NCBI GenBank assembly: GCA_964398865.1
Contig: CAYNOO010000001.1
Span: 43,661-107,660 of the forward strand
Reading direction: 5' to 3'
Source of the DNA: an uncultured Candidatus Saccharibacteria bacterium
GTDB lineage: Bacteria; Patescibacteriota; Minisyncoccia; Phycocordibacterales; Phycocordibacteraceae
Length of the DNA stretch: 64,000 nt
The position numbers and the translations under genes are program-made. Under the pieces are notes generated by a model, which was not told the DNA's origin, made no database searches, and was given only the letters and a program-made list of their open reading frames with translations. Below, one piece after another: positions 38,309 through 47,074 of this stretch (the stretch's first letter is position 1; each line of letters begins with the position of its first letter).

Positions 38309-38396
38309 GTGAGTAGGGGCTAGTGATTAGGGTTTAGAAAAACTCTTGAAATGCTCCCCTAAACGCTAAACACTGGCCCCTAACCACTGATTCACC

Positions 38397-38708
38397 ATGC
38401 TTGCAAAAGAAGAACGCGTTTCGCGTCTTGATTTCGCAAAACGCCCCACAGCGGTAGTTCGTTTTATATACGGCTCTATAAAAGGTTTTTCTGGCACTCC
38501 GAGTGGCGCGGTCGTCATTTCGAAGAAAACCTGCCCTACAGCGCCAGAAAGAAATAAGATACGACGAAGAATATACAGCATCATTCGTCCCCTCATTCGC
38601 TCCGGCGCACTCACTAAGCCAGTGATTGTCTATCCTAACAAAGCAGCTACGATAGCCCGGTTTCAAGATCTAAAACAAGAACTTGAAAAATGCTTAGCGA
38701 AAACGTGA
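38397..38708 (+). CDS. rnpA: RNase P protein component
   Basis: 103-aa basic protein with GAVVISKK...RNKIRRRI motifs, in the conserved rpmH-rnpA-yidC order. Confidence 0.8.
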   Translation: MLAKEERVSRLDFAKRPTAVVRFIYGSIKGFSGTPSGAVVISKKTCPTAPERNKIRRRIYSIIRPLIRSGALTKPVIVYPNKAATIARFQDLKQELEKCLAKT

Positions 38709-38765
38709 TCGATTTCCCTTAAACGCCAATCACTAGCCCATAGCCCCCCACTCGCGCTAGAATGC

Positions 38766-39509
38766 GTGGAAATGGCATCTTTTTTTCACACAGCAATCTA
38801 CCAGCCAATCTATAACGCGCTCGCCTTCATCATCGGCGTTGTTCCCGGAGGAGATGTGGGTATTGCTATCGTCATAATCACGCTTCTCGTTCGTCTCGTA
38901 CTCTTCCCTCTCTCGCTTAGTGCAATAAAGACTCAGATTTCGATGCGCGCTATCGATCCGGAACTGAAAACTCTTCGAGAAAAACTGAAAGATAACAAAG
39001 AGGAACTTGCTCGCCAAACCATGGCGCTTTTCAAAGAAAACAACATTAATCCATTTGCGAGCTTTCTGTTGATATTGGTGCAGCTGCCTATAATCATCGG
39101 ACTTTACCTAGTGCTCCAGCATGAAAGCAAGATAGTAGCATTTGACCCGAGCGTGCTCTATTCTTTCGTTCACGCCCCGGAGCAAGCATCACTCCTTTTC
39201 CTGGGGTTTGTTGATCTCACGGGGAAAAGCATTGTGCTTGCGGGCATCGTAGCGATTACGCAATTTATCTATGCACGGCTCATGACTCCTCCAACAGCAG
39301 GCAGCTCCTCGAAATCCAAGCAACCACCCTCTTTCCAAGATGACTTGGCAAAGAGCATGAATCTTCAAATGCGATACGTCTTCCCTCTCGTTATCGGGGT
39401 AGTCGCCTACGCCGCCTCTTCAGCGATCGCACTCTACTTCCTTATAGGCAATCTTTTCAGCATCGGACAAGAGTTAGCAATACGACGCATGCATCATGGA
39501 AAAAGATAA
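38766..39509 (+). CDS. yidC: membrane protein insertase YidC (short form)
   Basis: Conserved TM core PIYNALAFII...ITLLVRLVLFPLS...NINPFASFLLILVQLPIIIGLY. Confidence 0.8.
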   Translation: MEMASFFHTAIYQPIYNALAFIIGVVPGGDVGIAIVIITLLVRLVLFPLSLSAIKTQISMRAIDPELKTLREKLKDNKEELARQTMALFKENNINPFASFLLILVQLPIIIGLYLVLQHESKIVAFDPSVLYSFVHAPEQASLLFLGFVDLTGKSIVLAGIVAITQFIYARLMTPPTAGSSSKSKQPPSFQDDLAKSMNLQMRYVFPLVIGVVAYAASSAIALYFLIGNLFSIGQELAIRRMHHGKR

Positions 39510-39972
39510 AGTCATTGGCACAATCAAAGAATTGATTAGCAAAATGGGTCTCGCACTCAAGGATGTCCAGGTATCTGAAGTCGCCGGGCATACACTCTTC
39601 ACGCTTCTCTCTGAAGATTCAGGCGCTCTTATTGGAGCCGGAGGAGATACGCTTCACGCCTTGAACCATATAGTGAAAAAATCGCTCGAAGACTATGCGG
39701 AGGGAGATGAGCCGTTTCGCTTCGTCATTGACGTCAATGGGTACCATCTGAAGCACATCAAGATGCTTGAAGCGCAGGCGCACATGCTTGCTGAGCGCGC
39801 TCGCACGTTCAAATACGACATCGACATGAGTCCGATGAGCCCATATGACCGAATGATCGTGCACGCATCGCTTCAAGGATCACCAGAGGTGAAAACAGAA
39901 TCAGAGGGCGAAGGAAAACTTCGCCACATCGTCATTCGCTACAAAGGAGAAGGTACTTCTACGCAAGCGTAA
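39496..39972 (+). CDS. jag: Jag/KhpB RNA-binding protein (KH + R3H)
   Basis: N-terminal Jag domain, KH-like GAGGDTLHALNHIV, C-terminal R3H MIVHASLQ. Overlaps yidC by 14 bp. Confidence 0.75.
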   Translation: MEKDKVIGTIKELISKMGLALKDVQVSEVAGHTLFTLLSEDSGALIGAGGDTLHALNHIVKKSLEDYAEGDEPFRFVIDVNGYHLKHIKMLEAQAHMLAERARTFKYDIDMSPMSPYDRMIVHASLQGSPEVKTESEGEGKLRHIVIRYKGEGTSTQA

Positions 39973-39980
39973 TTCCCCAT

Positions 39981-41195
39981 TTATTCATCGCGAGTTAAGT
40001 CGAGCGACCATAAGGTCAGGTCGTTCTTGTTGATGAATATCGCATAGCGTTGGTCTGGAGAGATGCTCACACTGGTTACATCAATTGGAATGCCGGCTAT
40101 TTCTTGGAAGTTCCCCAGCGAATGCGCAGTGCCTTCAAATGGACGGATAAGCCAGGCTGAATCATTCAGGCGAATTTTCCCCAGCATCCAATCGTCTGGA
40201 AGTGATGCGGTTGCATCTATAGAGTCTGATATTCCACAGAAAACAGTAGGATTAGCTTCTGAAACCCACGCGCATTTGGTAGCGAGTGTTTGAAGTGGTG
40301 CGAGGTAATTTTGCCCTGTTTGGATGTCGAGCATTGCCAAGACGGCACGATTGCCGGCTCCACTGCTGTAGAGCACGTAGCGCCCCGTTGGGCTCGGCAT
40401 CGAAAGAAGCCCCGGAATTTCACCGAGCACCTTTATCAAACTTCCATCAGCTTTGATTTCATATAAAAATCCAGGGATCCCTGATGATGGGGCGCTTTCT
40501 ATGAAAAAATGCGTGCCACCCGCAAGCGGCACCCATGAACGGATTGGAGAGAGTAGTATAGTTCGCGGCTTGTCGCCATTAGGTTGTGCAAGCTCAATCT
40601 GCGATCCTCCAGCTACTTCAGTTACGGTGAGCAGAGTGAGCCCACTTGACGCGACCGCAACGCGTGCGAACCCTTTCAATGGTGACGTATTCAGCGATTG
40701 TTGAGAGGTTGTCGCATTCAAGACTGCAAATGCATTCGAGATGGTTTGAGAGTCTGGCAGCGTACGCAAGATTAAGCTCGAATCATTTATTACGACGAGA
40801 TCTTGTATCAGAGGAATCGTAGTATTGGATAGGCGCGTTTCCGCGTATGAATCAACTGGCGTTTCAAAGATGTGACCCGTCGTTCTTTCCATAAAACGGA
40901 TACGTGAAGAAGTTGTTGTAGCGGGAGATGCAAACCATGCTCCCGCCGTGGGACGGTTACTCACTTGACGGAGTCGCGCGGTCACCTTTTGTGCTGTCTC
41001 TGCACCCGTTTCCCCAGGAGTTTGATTGTTGTTGGAAGGGGTGCGGCTACCAAAAGGGAAAAAAGCACTGAAAAAATCTTTTGATAGTACGTCCCCGTTA
41101 CCAGGTGTTTTTTGAGAAACGAAAAAAAAGTATCCAGCAGCGAGCAGCGCGACTATTAGAAGCGCCAGTCCAGAAATTATGAGTGTGCGCCGCAT
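39981..41195 (-). CDS. membrane-anchored hypothetical protein, possible beta-propeller
   Basis: One N-terminal TM segment (MRRTLIISGLALLIVALLAAG), then about 380 aa of extracytoplasmic domain. Confidence 0.4.
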   Translation of the reverse strand: MRRTLIISGLALLIVALLAAGYFFFVSQKTPGNGDVLSKDFFSAFFPFGSRTPSNNNQTPGETGAETAQKVTARLRQVSNRPTAGAWFASPATTTSSRIRFMERTTGHIFETPVDSYAETRLSNTTIPLIQDLVVINDSSLILRTLPDSQTISNAFAVLNATTSQQSLNTSPLKGFARVAVASSGLTLLTVTEVAGGSQIELAQPNGDKPRTILLSPIRSWVPLAGGTHFFIESAPSSGIPGFLYEIKADGSLIKVLGEIPGLLSMPSPTGRYVLYSSGAGNRAVLAMLDIQTGQNYLAPLQTLATKCAWVSEANPTVFCGISDSIDATASLPDDWMLGKIRLNDSAWLIRPFEGTAHSLGNFQEIAGIPIDVTSVSISPDQRYAIFINKNDLTLWSLDLTRDE

Positions 41196-41199
41196 AATT

Positions 41200-41850
41200 T
41201 TAATGAGAAGCAGTCGATGCTGGGCAGCTTTGAACAGCCTCCCCAATCCCGGCACACCCGTTTGTTCCGGGCGCTAAAAACTTATTATCAATTCGGCACG
41301 TCAAAGTACATCCTGCTTTTAAAGTTCCCGTGTACGGCAATAAGTCAGTACCGCTCGGTAGCGTATTAGCGCCTGCAGCACCCAGACCTCCTGTGGCAAT
41401 ACTACTACCCAAAGGGACTGTTACGTTTGAACCGCTTCCCCCCAAGGCACTTAAGTCATCAGTGAGTGCCTTTAGATTGAGTATATTTGGATTAATGACG
41501 TTCAGTATGATATATGACAATAAAAGCAAAATGAGTCCGAACGCTGCGCCTTGGATGCCTTCCACGGCACTCTGCTTTTTCCCAATGACGTCAGAGGTCA
41601 TGTATTTCAAACCTTCGAACGTGATCATCACGACCCCAAGAATAGCCGCAATGCCAATGGAGAGCGTGAATACTGCATTTAGGTAGTCAGTAAGCGAGGT
41701 GCTTGCATTAACCGCGCTGCCAGTAGGAAGTGGTATGGAAACAATCGGCTGAAATTGAAATTGCCCAGGAGCGTCCGCAGCATGGGCAAGATGCGCCCCA
41801 CCGACGATGCTGGCAGTAAGTAAGATCAGAATGATGAGAGCTCGGCGCAT
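41200..41850 (-). CDS. VirB2/TrbC-like pilin candidate with Gly/Cys-rich C-terminal extension
   Basis: Signal peptide followed by two hydrophobic helices, the VirB2/TrbC topology. Sits next to a VirB4 gene. Confidence 0.3.
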   Translation of the reverse strand: MRRALIILILLTASIVGGAHLAHAADAPGQFQFQPIVSIPLPTGSAVNASTSLTDYLNAVFTLSIGIAAILGVVMITFEGLKYMTSDVIGKKQSAVEGIQGAAFGLILLLLSYIILNVINPNILNLKALTDDLSALGGSGSNVTVPLGSSIATGGLGAAGANTLPSGTDLLPYTGTLKAGCTLTCRIDNKFLAPGTNGCAGIGEAVQSCPASTASH

Positions 41851-41851
41851 A

Positions 41852-42823
41852 TCAAAATGTAAGTTGGAATGAAGCATCGGCATGCTCTAAGAATTTTTTT
41901 GCACTTTCAAACGAAACACTCACTGCGTGTGTACCGCTTCCGCCTCCGACTTTCCTGAACGTAGCCGCACGAGGTTTCAGAGGGTCCACCGCAAAGGGTA
42001 TGGTATCAAGATTCCACGTAAACGACACATCATTCAGATCACTTGCGAACATCGGATACGCAATGAATGAGACTTCTTCGTCTACAAACGGAAACAGCCC
42101 CGTGAGCGCTCGGTCAAAACGCATTCCAAGAAGAGGCGCGTTTTCGTAAATGATGACGGAAGGAGTCTGCGGTTCTATGCGCACGGAGTTTTCTGCAACA
42201 ATAGTACCGTCTCGCGTGCCCGCGACAACAGAGACATTGAATGCTGTCGCAAAACGCGGTGGTGTCATAGTTATGCTCGACTTTCCATACCCAGATTGTT
42301 TTTGTGTATACACACCATCTATTTTCCACGAATACACGAGAGAGTTCGCGGAAACTTCGTTGCCATTTGTAGTAAGGTGTGGAATCGCCATAATTCTGAC
42401 CGTGCTTTGCCCGCTCGGAAGAGGGCGCCCTATATATAAAGGTGGTGTATACGTAACCCCTTCCCAAACTATATCGACTGATGCTGGGCGGATGATTGCG
42501 ACAGCATCCCCTCTCGGGACACCGTTTTCAATCGCAACGACACGAATTGTTTGTGCAGCCCCCAAGGTCCCTGCAGTAATCGAAATCGACGTGTGATCGA
42601 CCCCTTGGTCAACGGTGGCGCCATTTACCAACCACATATAGGCAGTGGTGCCTGTCTCTTGTGCCGGGTCTGAGACGGTGAGCGTTACCGTGTTGCCGGG
42701 CACAGGATGTTCAGGGCTCACGCCTATTTCCAATACGGATCCAAAACTAGGTAAAAGTGCAGCCGCTGCAAAAGACGGTGCAATCAAGAGAGCACATACG
42801 ACAATAATCGCTTTCTGGAGCAT
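41852..42823 (-). CDS. secreted hypothetical protein of T4SS-like cluster
   Basis: Signal peptide, then 323 aa, beta-rich, no TM segment. Confidence 0.4.
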   Translation of the reverse strand: MLQKAIIVVCALLIAPSFAAAALLPSFGSVLEIGVSPEHPVPGNTVTLTVSDPAQETGTTAYMWLVNGATVDQGVDHTSISITAGTLGAAQTIRVVAIENGVPRGDAVAIIRPASVDIVWEGVTYTPPLYIGRPLPSGQSTVRIMAIPHLTTNGNEVSANSLVYSWKIDGVYTQKQSGYGKSSITMTPPRFATAFNVSVVAGTRDGTIVAENSVRIEPQTPSVIIYENAPLLGMRFDRALTGLFPFVDEEVSFIAYPMFASDLNDVSFTWNLDTIPFAVDPLKPRAATFRKVGGGSGTHAVSVSFESAKKFLEHADASFQLTF

Positions 42824-42917
42824 AGTACAAGGCTCATTATACGGGCGAGGATGCGGTTTCGAGCTCCCACTTTAGATTCTAGGGGAAATCACCCTTATGT
42901 AGAGACTTCGACCTATT

Positions 42918-44726
42918 CTATTCCGCTCCCTCTTTTTTCTCGCGAGCTATAGCCAAGAGTTGCGAAGGGTCAGAGGTAATTATCTGATCCTCAGTGTAGG
43001 AGGCGATGATTTTTATAGCTACGTGCTTAAGACCTGCAAAAAAGATGCCCTCCCCTACGTCTGACTCAAGGAGTAGATATTTTTCCTCTTCGGTCAAATT
43101 GAATGTTTTTTGTACGGCTTCTATGGATGTGGGCGACTGCTTTAAAAGAATCTGAATGGAGGAGTTTGTGAGCATTGGCAAGCCATAGGGGGATTTCAGG
43201 AAGTCCTCAACGTCCTGCGTGATGGTAGCGAGCCCGAGATAGTATTTTCTTCCACGCTTCGCCATGCCGTAGAGGAATGCAGCAGTGTCTTCCGACTTCA
43301 TCATCCACCACGCTTCGTCGATCACGAGAAGACGTTTGCGCAGATCTTTCCTGACCGCATTCCATATGAAGTGCGTGATGATGTACATGGCGATGGTCTT
43401 GAGCTCGTCCTCCATGTTACGAACCGAGAACGCTACGAACTTTTTGTTGATGTCGACGTTTGTTGGGCGATTGATGAAACCCGACCATGTGCCTTTGGTG
43501 TACTTTGTTATTCGCTGCACCAAAGACTCGCTTCCCTCCATGCCGGCAAGCACGAGTTCGAAGTCAGACAAAAGAGGCGGCTCCATGTTACTGAAATCAT
43601 TTGCCCCCGTTATGTCTTTCAGTGCGTATGTTTCAGTGATAGCCCTGTCTACGATGGCATCTTCCTCAGGAGTAAGACCACCGAGCATCAAGCGAAATAA
43701 TCCGACGAGGTTGATGATGTTTGAGCGAAGTATGTCAGCGGGCGATTCATCCTCGCGTGGCACCGGCAGGTCGAAAGGATTGATGCGGTTTTCTGATGAG
43801 AGCGATATGTTGAAGAATCTACCACCAACCGCGTTTGCCAGGTACTCGTATTCGCTTTCAGGATCTATAACAATGACTTCTGTGTCGAACATCAGTGACC
43901 GTAAGATTTCGAGCTTCGTGCCATATGATTTTCCGGAACCTGATTTTGCAAAAGTTACTGAGTTATAGTTTTCCAAAGAAAACCTATCAAAGAGAATGAG
44001 AGATGAGTTGTGTCTGTTGATGCCATAGAGAATCCCCTTGTCGCTCGTCAGGTCGAACGATATGAACGGGAAGAAGCTTGAGAGCGGAGCAGAATTCATT
44101 TTTGAGTTAACCGCGAGCTGGTCATCCCCTATCGGTATGACACTCTTGAATCCTTGCTCTTGCTGGAAGAGTGCTGGCTTTATATAGACGAGCTTAGCGT
44201 CCAGGATTGAACGCATTTCCGCCTCCGTCTTATCGAGCTCATCCTGGTTTGTTCCATAAATAGATATATAGAGCCCCACATCAAACACACGCTCTTGTGC
44301 TTGCTGGAGCTGGTTTCTGAGTTGCTCGATGTCTTGGTATGCCGTATCGAGCATCGGGTCGCGCACCATGCCTTTTTCTTGGCGCGTCATGATTTGGCTC
44401 TGCACCTCTGCGACTTTTTTCTGGAACTTCCGCAGGATTGCTGCTGTGTCGACAGGATGAATGAAAATAGAGATGTCCAACACTCTGTCGCGGTTGATGA
44501 TGGGAGCGAACCACGTTCCCGATAAGAAACGTGGGTATGAAATTACATAAAAGGTGCGGACGAGCTTATCACCCAAGTTCATCTCGCGCGGTGTTATTTT
44601 CAACGCTGAGGGCGCAATAATGTCTGCAAAATCAAGCTTCGCCGCTTCGTAAATGTCTTTCGGCAGGAACGGCGTTAGCTCCTGCTTCTTTTTTTCTCCA
44701 CCAGTTAGAAAATCAAGTATTGCCAT
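42918..44726 (-). CDS. virB4: VirB4/TrbE-family type IV secretion ATPase
   Basis: Walker A FAKSGSGKSY, Walker B LLVIDEAWWMM (the DEAW motif typical of VirB4/TraC), VirB4-type N-terminal domain. Confidence 0.8.
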   Translation of the reverse strand: MAILDFLTGGEKKKQELTPFLPKDIYEAAKLDFADIIAPSALKITPREMNLGDKLVRTFYVISYPRFLSGTWFAPIINRDRVLDISIFIHPVDTAAILRKFQKKVAEVQSQIMTRQEKGMVRDPMLDTAYQDIEQLRNQLQQAQERVFDVGLYISIYGTNQDELDKTEAEMRSILDAKLVYIKPALFQQEQGFKSVIPIGDDQLAVNSKMNSAPLSSFFPFISFDLTSDKGILYGINRHNSSLILFDRFSLENYNSVTFAKSGSGKSYGTKLEILRSLMFDTEVIVIDPESEYEYLANAVGGRFFNISLSSENRINPFDLPVPREDESPADILRSNIINLVGLFRLMLGGLTPEEDAIVDRAITETYALKDITGANDFSNMEPPLLSDFELVLAGMEGSESLVQRITKYTKGTWSGFINRPTNVDINKKFVAFSVRNMEDELKTIAMYIITHFIWNAVRKDLRKRLLVIDEAWWMMKSEDTAAFLYGMAKRGRKYYLGLATITQDVEDFLKSPYGLPMLTNSSIQILLKQSPTSIEAVQKTFNLTEEEKYLLLESDVGEGIFFAGLKHVAIKIIASYTEDQIITSDPSQLLAIAREKKEGAE

Positions 44727-44728
44727 AA

Positions 44729-45400
44729 TTATTCAACAGGAGCGGGTTGTTCCATAACGATAGGTTTTTCTAATTCTCCTGGATTGAACTCTCTGTAGAG
44801 AAGCTCTATCACTTCTTCGGTGCCAAGAGGAACCGTCCGTACACCAGTGCGAGCGAGTCCTTGCTCCACTGTTCCCATTCTTTGTTCTAGTTGGGTGCGA
44901 TGTTCTTCGAAACCAATAGTGCTTTCGTCGCGCGACGAGAGATTTGTTTTTCCGAAAATTTTGTTCTGCACCGCTTTCTTTACATCCAGCATCGGCGGCG
45001 AGTACGGAATAACGATGAAAAAATGCTTGCTCATAATATTTGCGCGTTCGATGAACGTCTTTATAAATTCTATATATTCACGCACCTGTATTTTCATTAG
45101 CTCTTCTGTCTGCGCCTTTAGACGTTCATCGAGAAGCGCGATGTAGGGTCGTATATCCAATTTTCTGGACTGCACGAAAAACTGAACGCTAAAATCTAGT
45201 GAATTCATAAAACTCTGGAACTGGGCGAGGATAGCATTCTGCTCGTCCTCGGATTTGAGTGCAAAGTTGATGGATGATGCAAGCATTACCCCTACGAGCG
45301 TGCCGCTTTTCATCACCATCACTCCCCCACGGACTTCTTTCACTGGAACGAAATCCTGCGCCGCCTTTGTTTTTTTTGTCTTCTCATCTCCTCCAGCCAT
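44729..45400 (-). CDS. hypothetical protein with VirB4 N-terminal-domain-like region
   Basis: 223 aa. KEVRGGVMVMKSGTLVGVMLASSINFALKSEDEQNAILAQFQSFMNSL...VQFFVQSRKLD mirrors the pattern at the N-terminus of VirB4 proteins. No NTPase motifs. Confidence 0.3.
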   Translation of the reverse strand: MAGGDEKTKKTKAAQDFVPVKEVRGGVMVMKSGTLVGVMLASSINFALKSEDEQNAILAQFQSFMNSLDFSVQFFVQSRKLDIRPYIALLDERLKAQTEELMKIQVREYIEFIKTFIERANIMSKHFFIVIPYSPPMLDVKKAVQNKIFGKTNLSSRDESTIGFEEHRTQLEQRMGTVEQGLARTGVRTVPLGTEEVIELLYREFNPGELEKPIVMEQPAPVE

Positions 45401-45414
45401 AGATATAGGTTTTA

Positions 45415-45424
45415 GGTGTCAGGT
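45415..45424. repeat. left inverted repeat (aggtgtcagg) flanking the four-helix-bundle gene
   Basis: Perfect reverse complement of 45800-45809. Confidence 0.6.
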
Positions 45425-45790
45425 CCCAGCTTTCAGGGAAGAAAGTAATTTTGAAAGCATCATTCTTATCTCAAGAATTAAACGCCCTGCTTCATTATAG
45501 TCTGCTTTCTGAGCGTAGAAGAGATCCTCGGCAATGATTAACTGGGTATCTAGTTCCGCTAAAGATCCAAGTGCAAAATATAGGAATTGAATAAAATCTT
45601 TCTTGCTTCGTCTACCTCTACCTTCTGCGATATTTGAGGGCACAGAAACCGCGGCTCTTTGCATTTGTGATGCAAGACCATACCATTCTTCCGGAGGAAA
45701 TTTTTTTGATATTCTGTAAATATGTGAAACTAGGGTAATGCTTTTTTGCCAAACAATCAGATCTTTATATGACTTTATGTTCCTATCCAT
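45419..45790 (-). CDS. four-helix-bundle protein (Avd / 23S rRNA intervening-sequence protein family)
   Basis: YKDLIVWQKS...FPPEEWYGLASQMQRAAVSVPSNIAEGRGRRSKKDFIQFLYFALGSLAELDTQL is the hallmark of the PF05635-type four-helix-bundle family. Confidence 0.7.
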   Translation of the reverse strand: MDRNIKSYKDLIVWQKSITLVSHIYRISKKFPPEEWYGLASQMQRAAVSVPSNIAEGRGRRSKKDFIQFLYFALGSLAELDTQLIIAEDLFYAQKADYNEAGRLILEIRMMLSKLLSSLKAGT

Positions 45791-45799
45791 CTTCTTCAA

Positions 45800-45809
45800 C
45801 CTGACACCT
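45800..45809. repeat. right inverted repeat (cctgacacct) flanking the four-helix-bundle gene
   Basis: Perfect reverse complement of 45415-45424. Additional partial repeats (ctttcagg at 45430-45437 and cctgaaag at 45807-45814). Confidence 0.6.
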
Positions 45810-45828
45810 GAAAGCGGAAACCTGAAAC

Positions 45829-46266
45829 CTATTGTTGCTTTTTATCCGAATACACACTCTCTTTGATGTCTAAACTCCACGCTAAGTCTTTTATTTTGTT
45901 TGCTGTTGCTGACGGGACGTACTTTGCCGGATCTTCAGCTTGCGTTTGCCCAGGGAGCATAATTTCTTCAGGGAGCACGGTTTTTGATTGTTTCTTTTCC
46001 CAGATGTAGAGTTTGGTGCGAAAAAGATACTGAAAGCCGGACTCAAGGGCGTTAACAAGCGGTCGATCGTTAATTTTATAGAACGCAAGAGCTGCGCCTA
46101 AAAGTGCGACAGGTCCGCCAATAAGTACCGCAATCCAGTGTGGTGCTATAAGCCATAAAGCAACCAAAAACCCGCCTCCTCCAACCAAGTACACGAATTG
46201 CACTGCAGTGAGAGGACCAAAAATTTTATCTTCAACCTCGACAAATTGCGGTACTTGAAATTGCAT
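45829..46266 (-). CDS. PrgI-family (VirB3-like) T4SS membrane protein
   Basis: MQFQVPQFVEVEDKIFGPLTAVQFVYL N-terminus followed by two TM helices, as in PrgI/VirB3-like proteins of Gram-positive T4SSs. Confidence 0.45.
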   Translation of the reverse strand: MQFQVPQFVEVEDKIFGPLTAVQFVYLVGGGGFLVALWLIAPHWIAVLIGGPVALLGAALAFYKINDRPLVNALESGFQYLFRTKLYIWEKKQSKTVLPEEIMLPGQTQAEDPAKYVPSATANKIKDLAWSLDIKESVYSDKKQQ

Positions 46267-46268
46267 AG

Positions 46269-47060
46269 TTATTCAACAGGTTCTCGATAGGGATCAACCC
46301 CTCCTTTATATGCGGGTTTTGAAGGCGGGGGTGTTGTAGATAGTTGTTTTGACTCGACCTCTGCCGTTTCAGGCTGGATTTCTACGGTAGGGTTGGAAGT
46401 AGTTTGTGTTTGAGATGGTACACCGAGTTTTTGCTCCACTATGCTCGGGATAGTCTGATCTCCTAGGACAGTAGAATCGGATGCTTCCTCTATGTCCACG
46501 TCGTCTTCGTCGGTTTCTGGGATAATCGGGTCCTTTTTCGCTTGTTCCAATGCGAATGCCAACTCCTTCTTGTTTTCCTCGTCCCTCTTTGCGGCTTCCG
46601 CTCGATCCTTTTCGTATTCTGCCAACAATCTCGGATCATCATCTGGCATATTTTCTATCTCTTTGCGTCTTACCTCCTCGGCGCGCTCTTCTTCCGAGAG
46701 TTCCGGCTCCGAGGGCTTTTCGGTCCATACGCTCGGCTCGGGTATATTTTCCTTGACGCGACGAGACGCTTCCTTGAAGACACGATCATTGATATCGGCA
46801 ACGAGTTCCCGCGCCCCCTGATTGGATAGTTCATGCATCGCTTGGTGCAAGTTTGTTTCGAGCGCAGACTCGCTTTCAAGACCCAACAAAGTCAGGTTTG
46901 CGATCTCGGTGAAGAGAAGCAGTTGTCGTAAGTTCAGAGCATGTTTTTTCTGTATGCCGATATAGATATTCGTCAGCGACGTGGAACCTAAAAAATCATA
47001 AAGCGGCTTCGGCAACTTCTTTTTTGCTTCCTCTCTTTCTCCCTGCGTGTGCGATTTCAT
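46269..47060 (-). CDS. acidic hypothetical protein of T4SS-like cluster
   Basis: 263 aa, highly charged and disordered central/C-terminal region. No family recognised. Confidence 0.4.
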   Translation of the reverse strand: MKSHTQGEREEAKKKLPKPLYDFLGSTSLTNIYIGIQKKHALNLRQLLLFTEIANLTLLGLESESALETNLHQAMHELSNQGARELVADINDRVFKEASRRVKENIPEPSVWTEKPSEPELSEEERAEEVRRKEIENMPDDDPRLLAEYEKDRAEAAKRDEENKKELAFALEQAKKDPIIPETDEDDVDIEEASDSTVLGDQTIPSIVEQKLGVPSQTQTTSNPTVEIQPETAEVESKQLSTTPPPSKPAYKGGVDPYREPVE

Positions 47061-47074
47061 ATGCTATTTCTGAT

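Noticed and set aside
38334-38666. Minus-strand ORFs overlapping rnpA
   Set aside because: Antisense to rnpA. They begin inside the repeated 27-nt motif.
43285-43968. 227-aa plus-strand ORF, and the ORFs at 47481-47834, 49203-49907 and 50004-50762
   Set aside because: Antisense to the VirB4 and VirB6-like genes. Compositionally biased.
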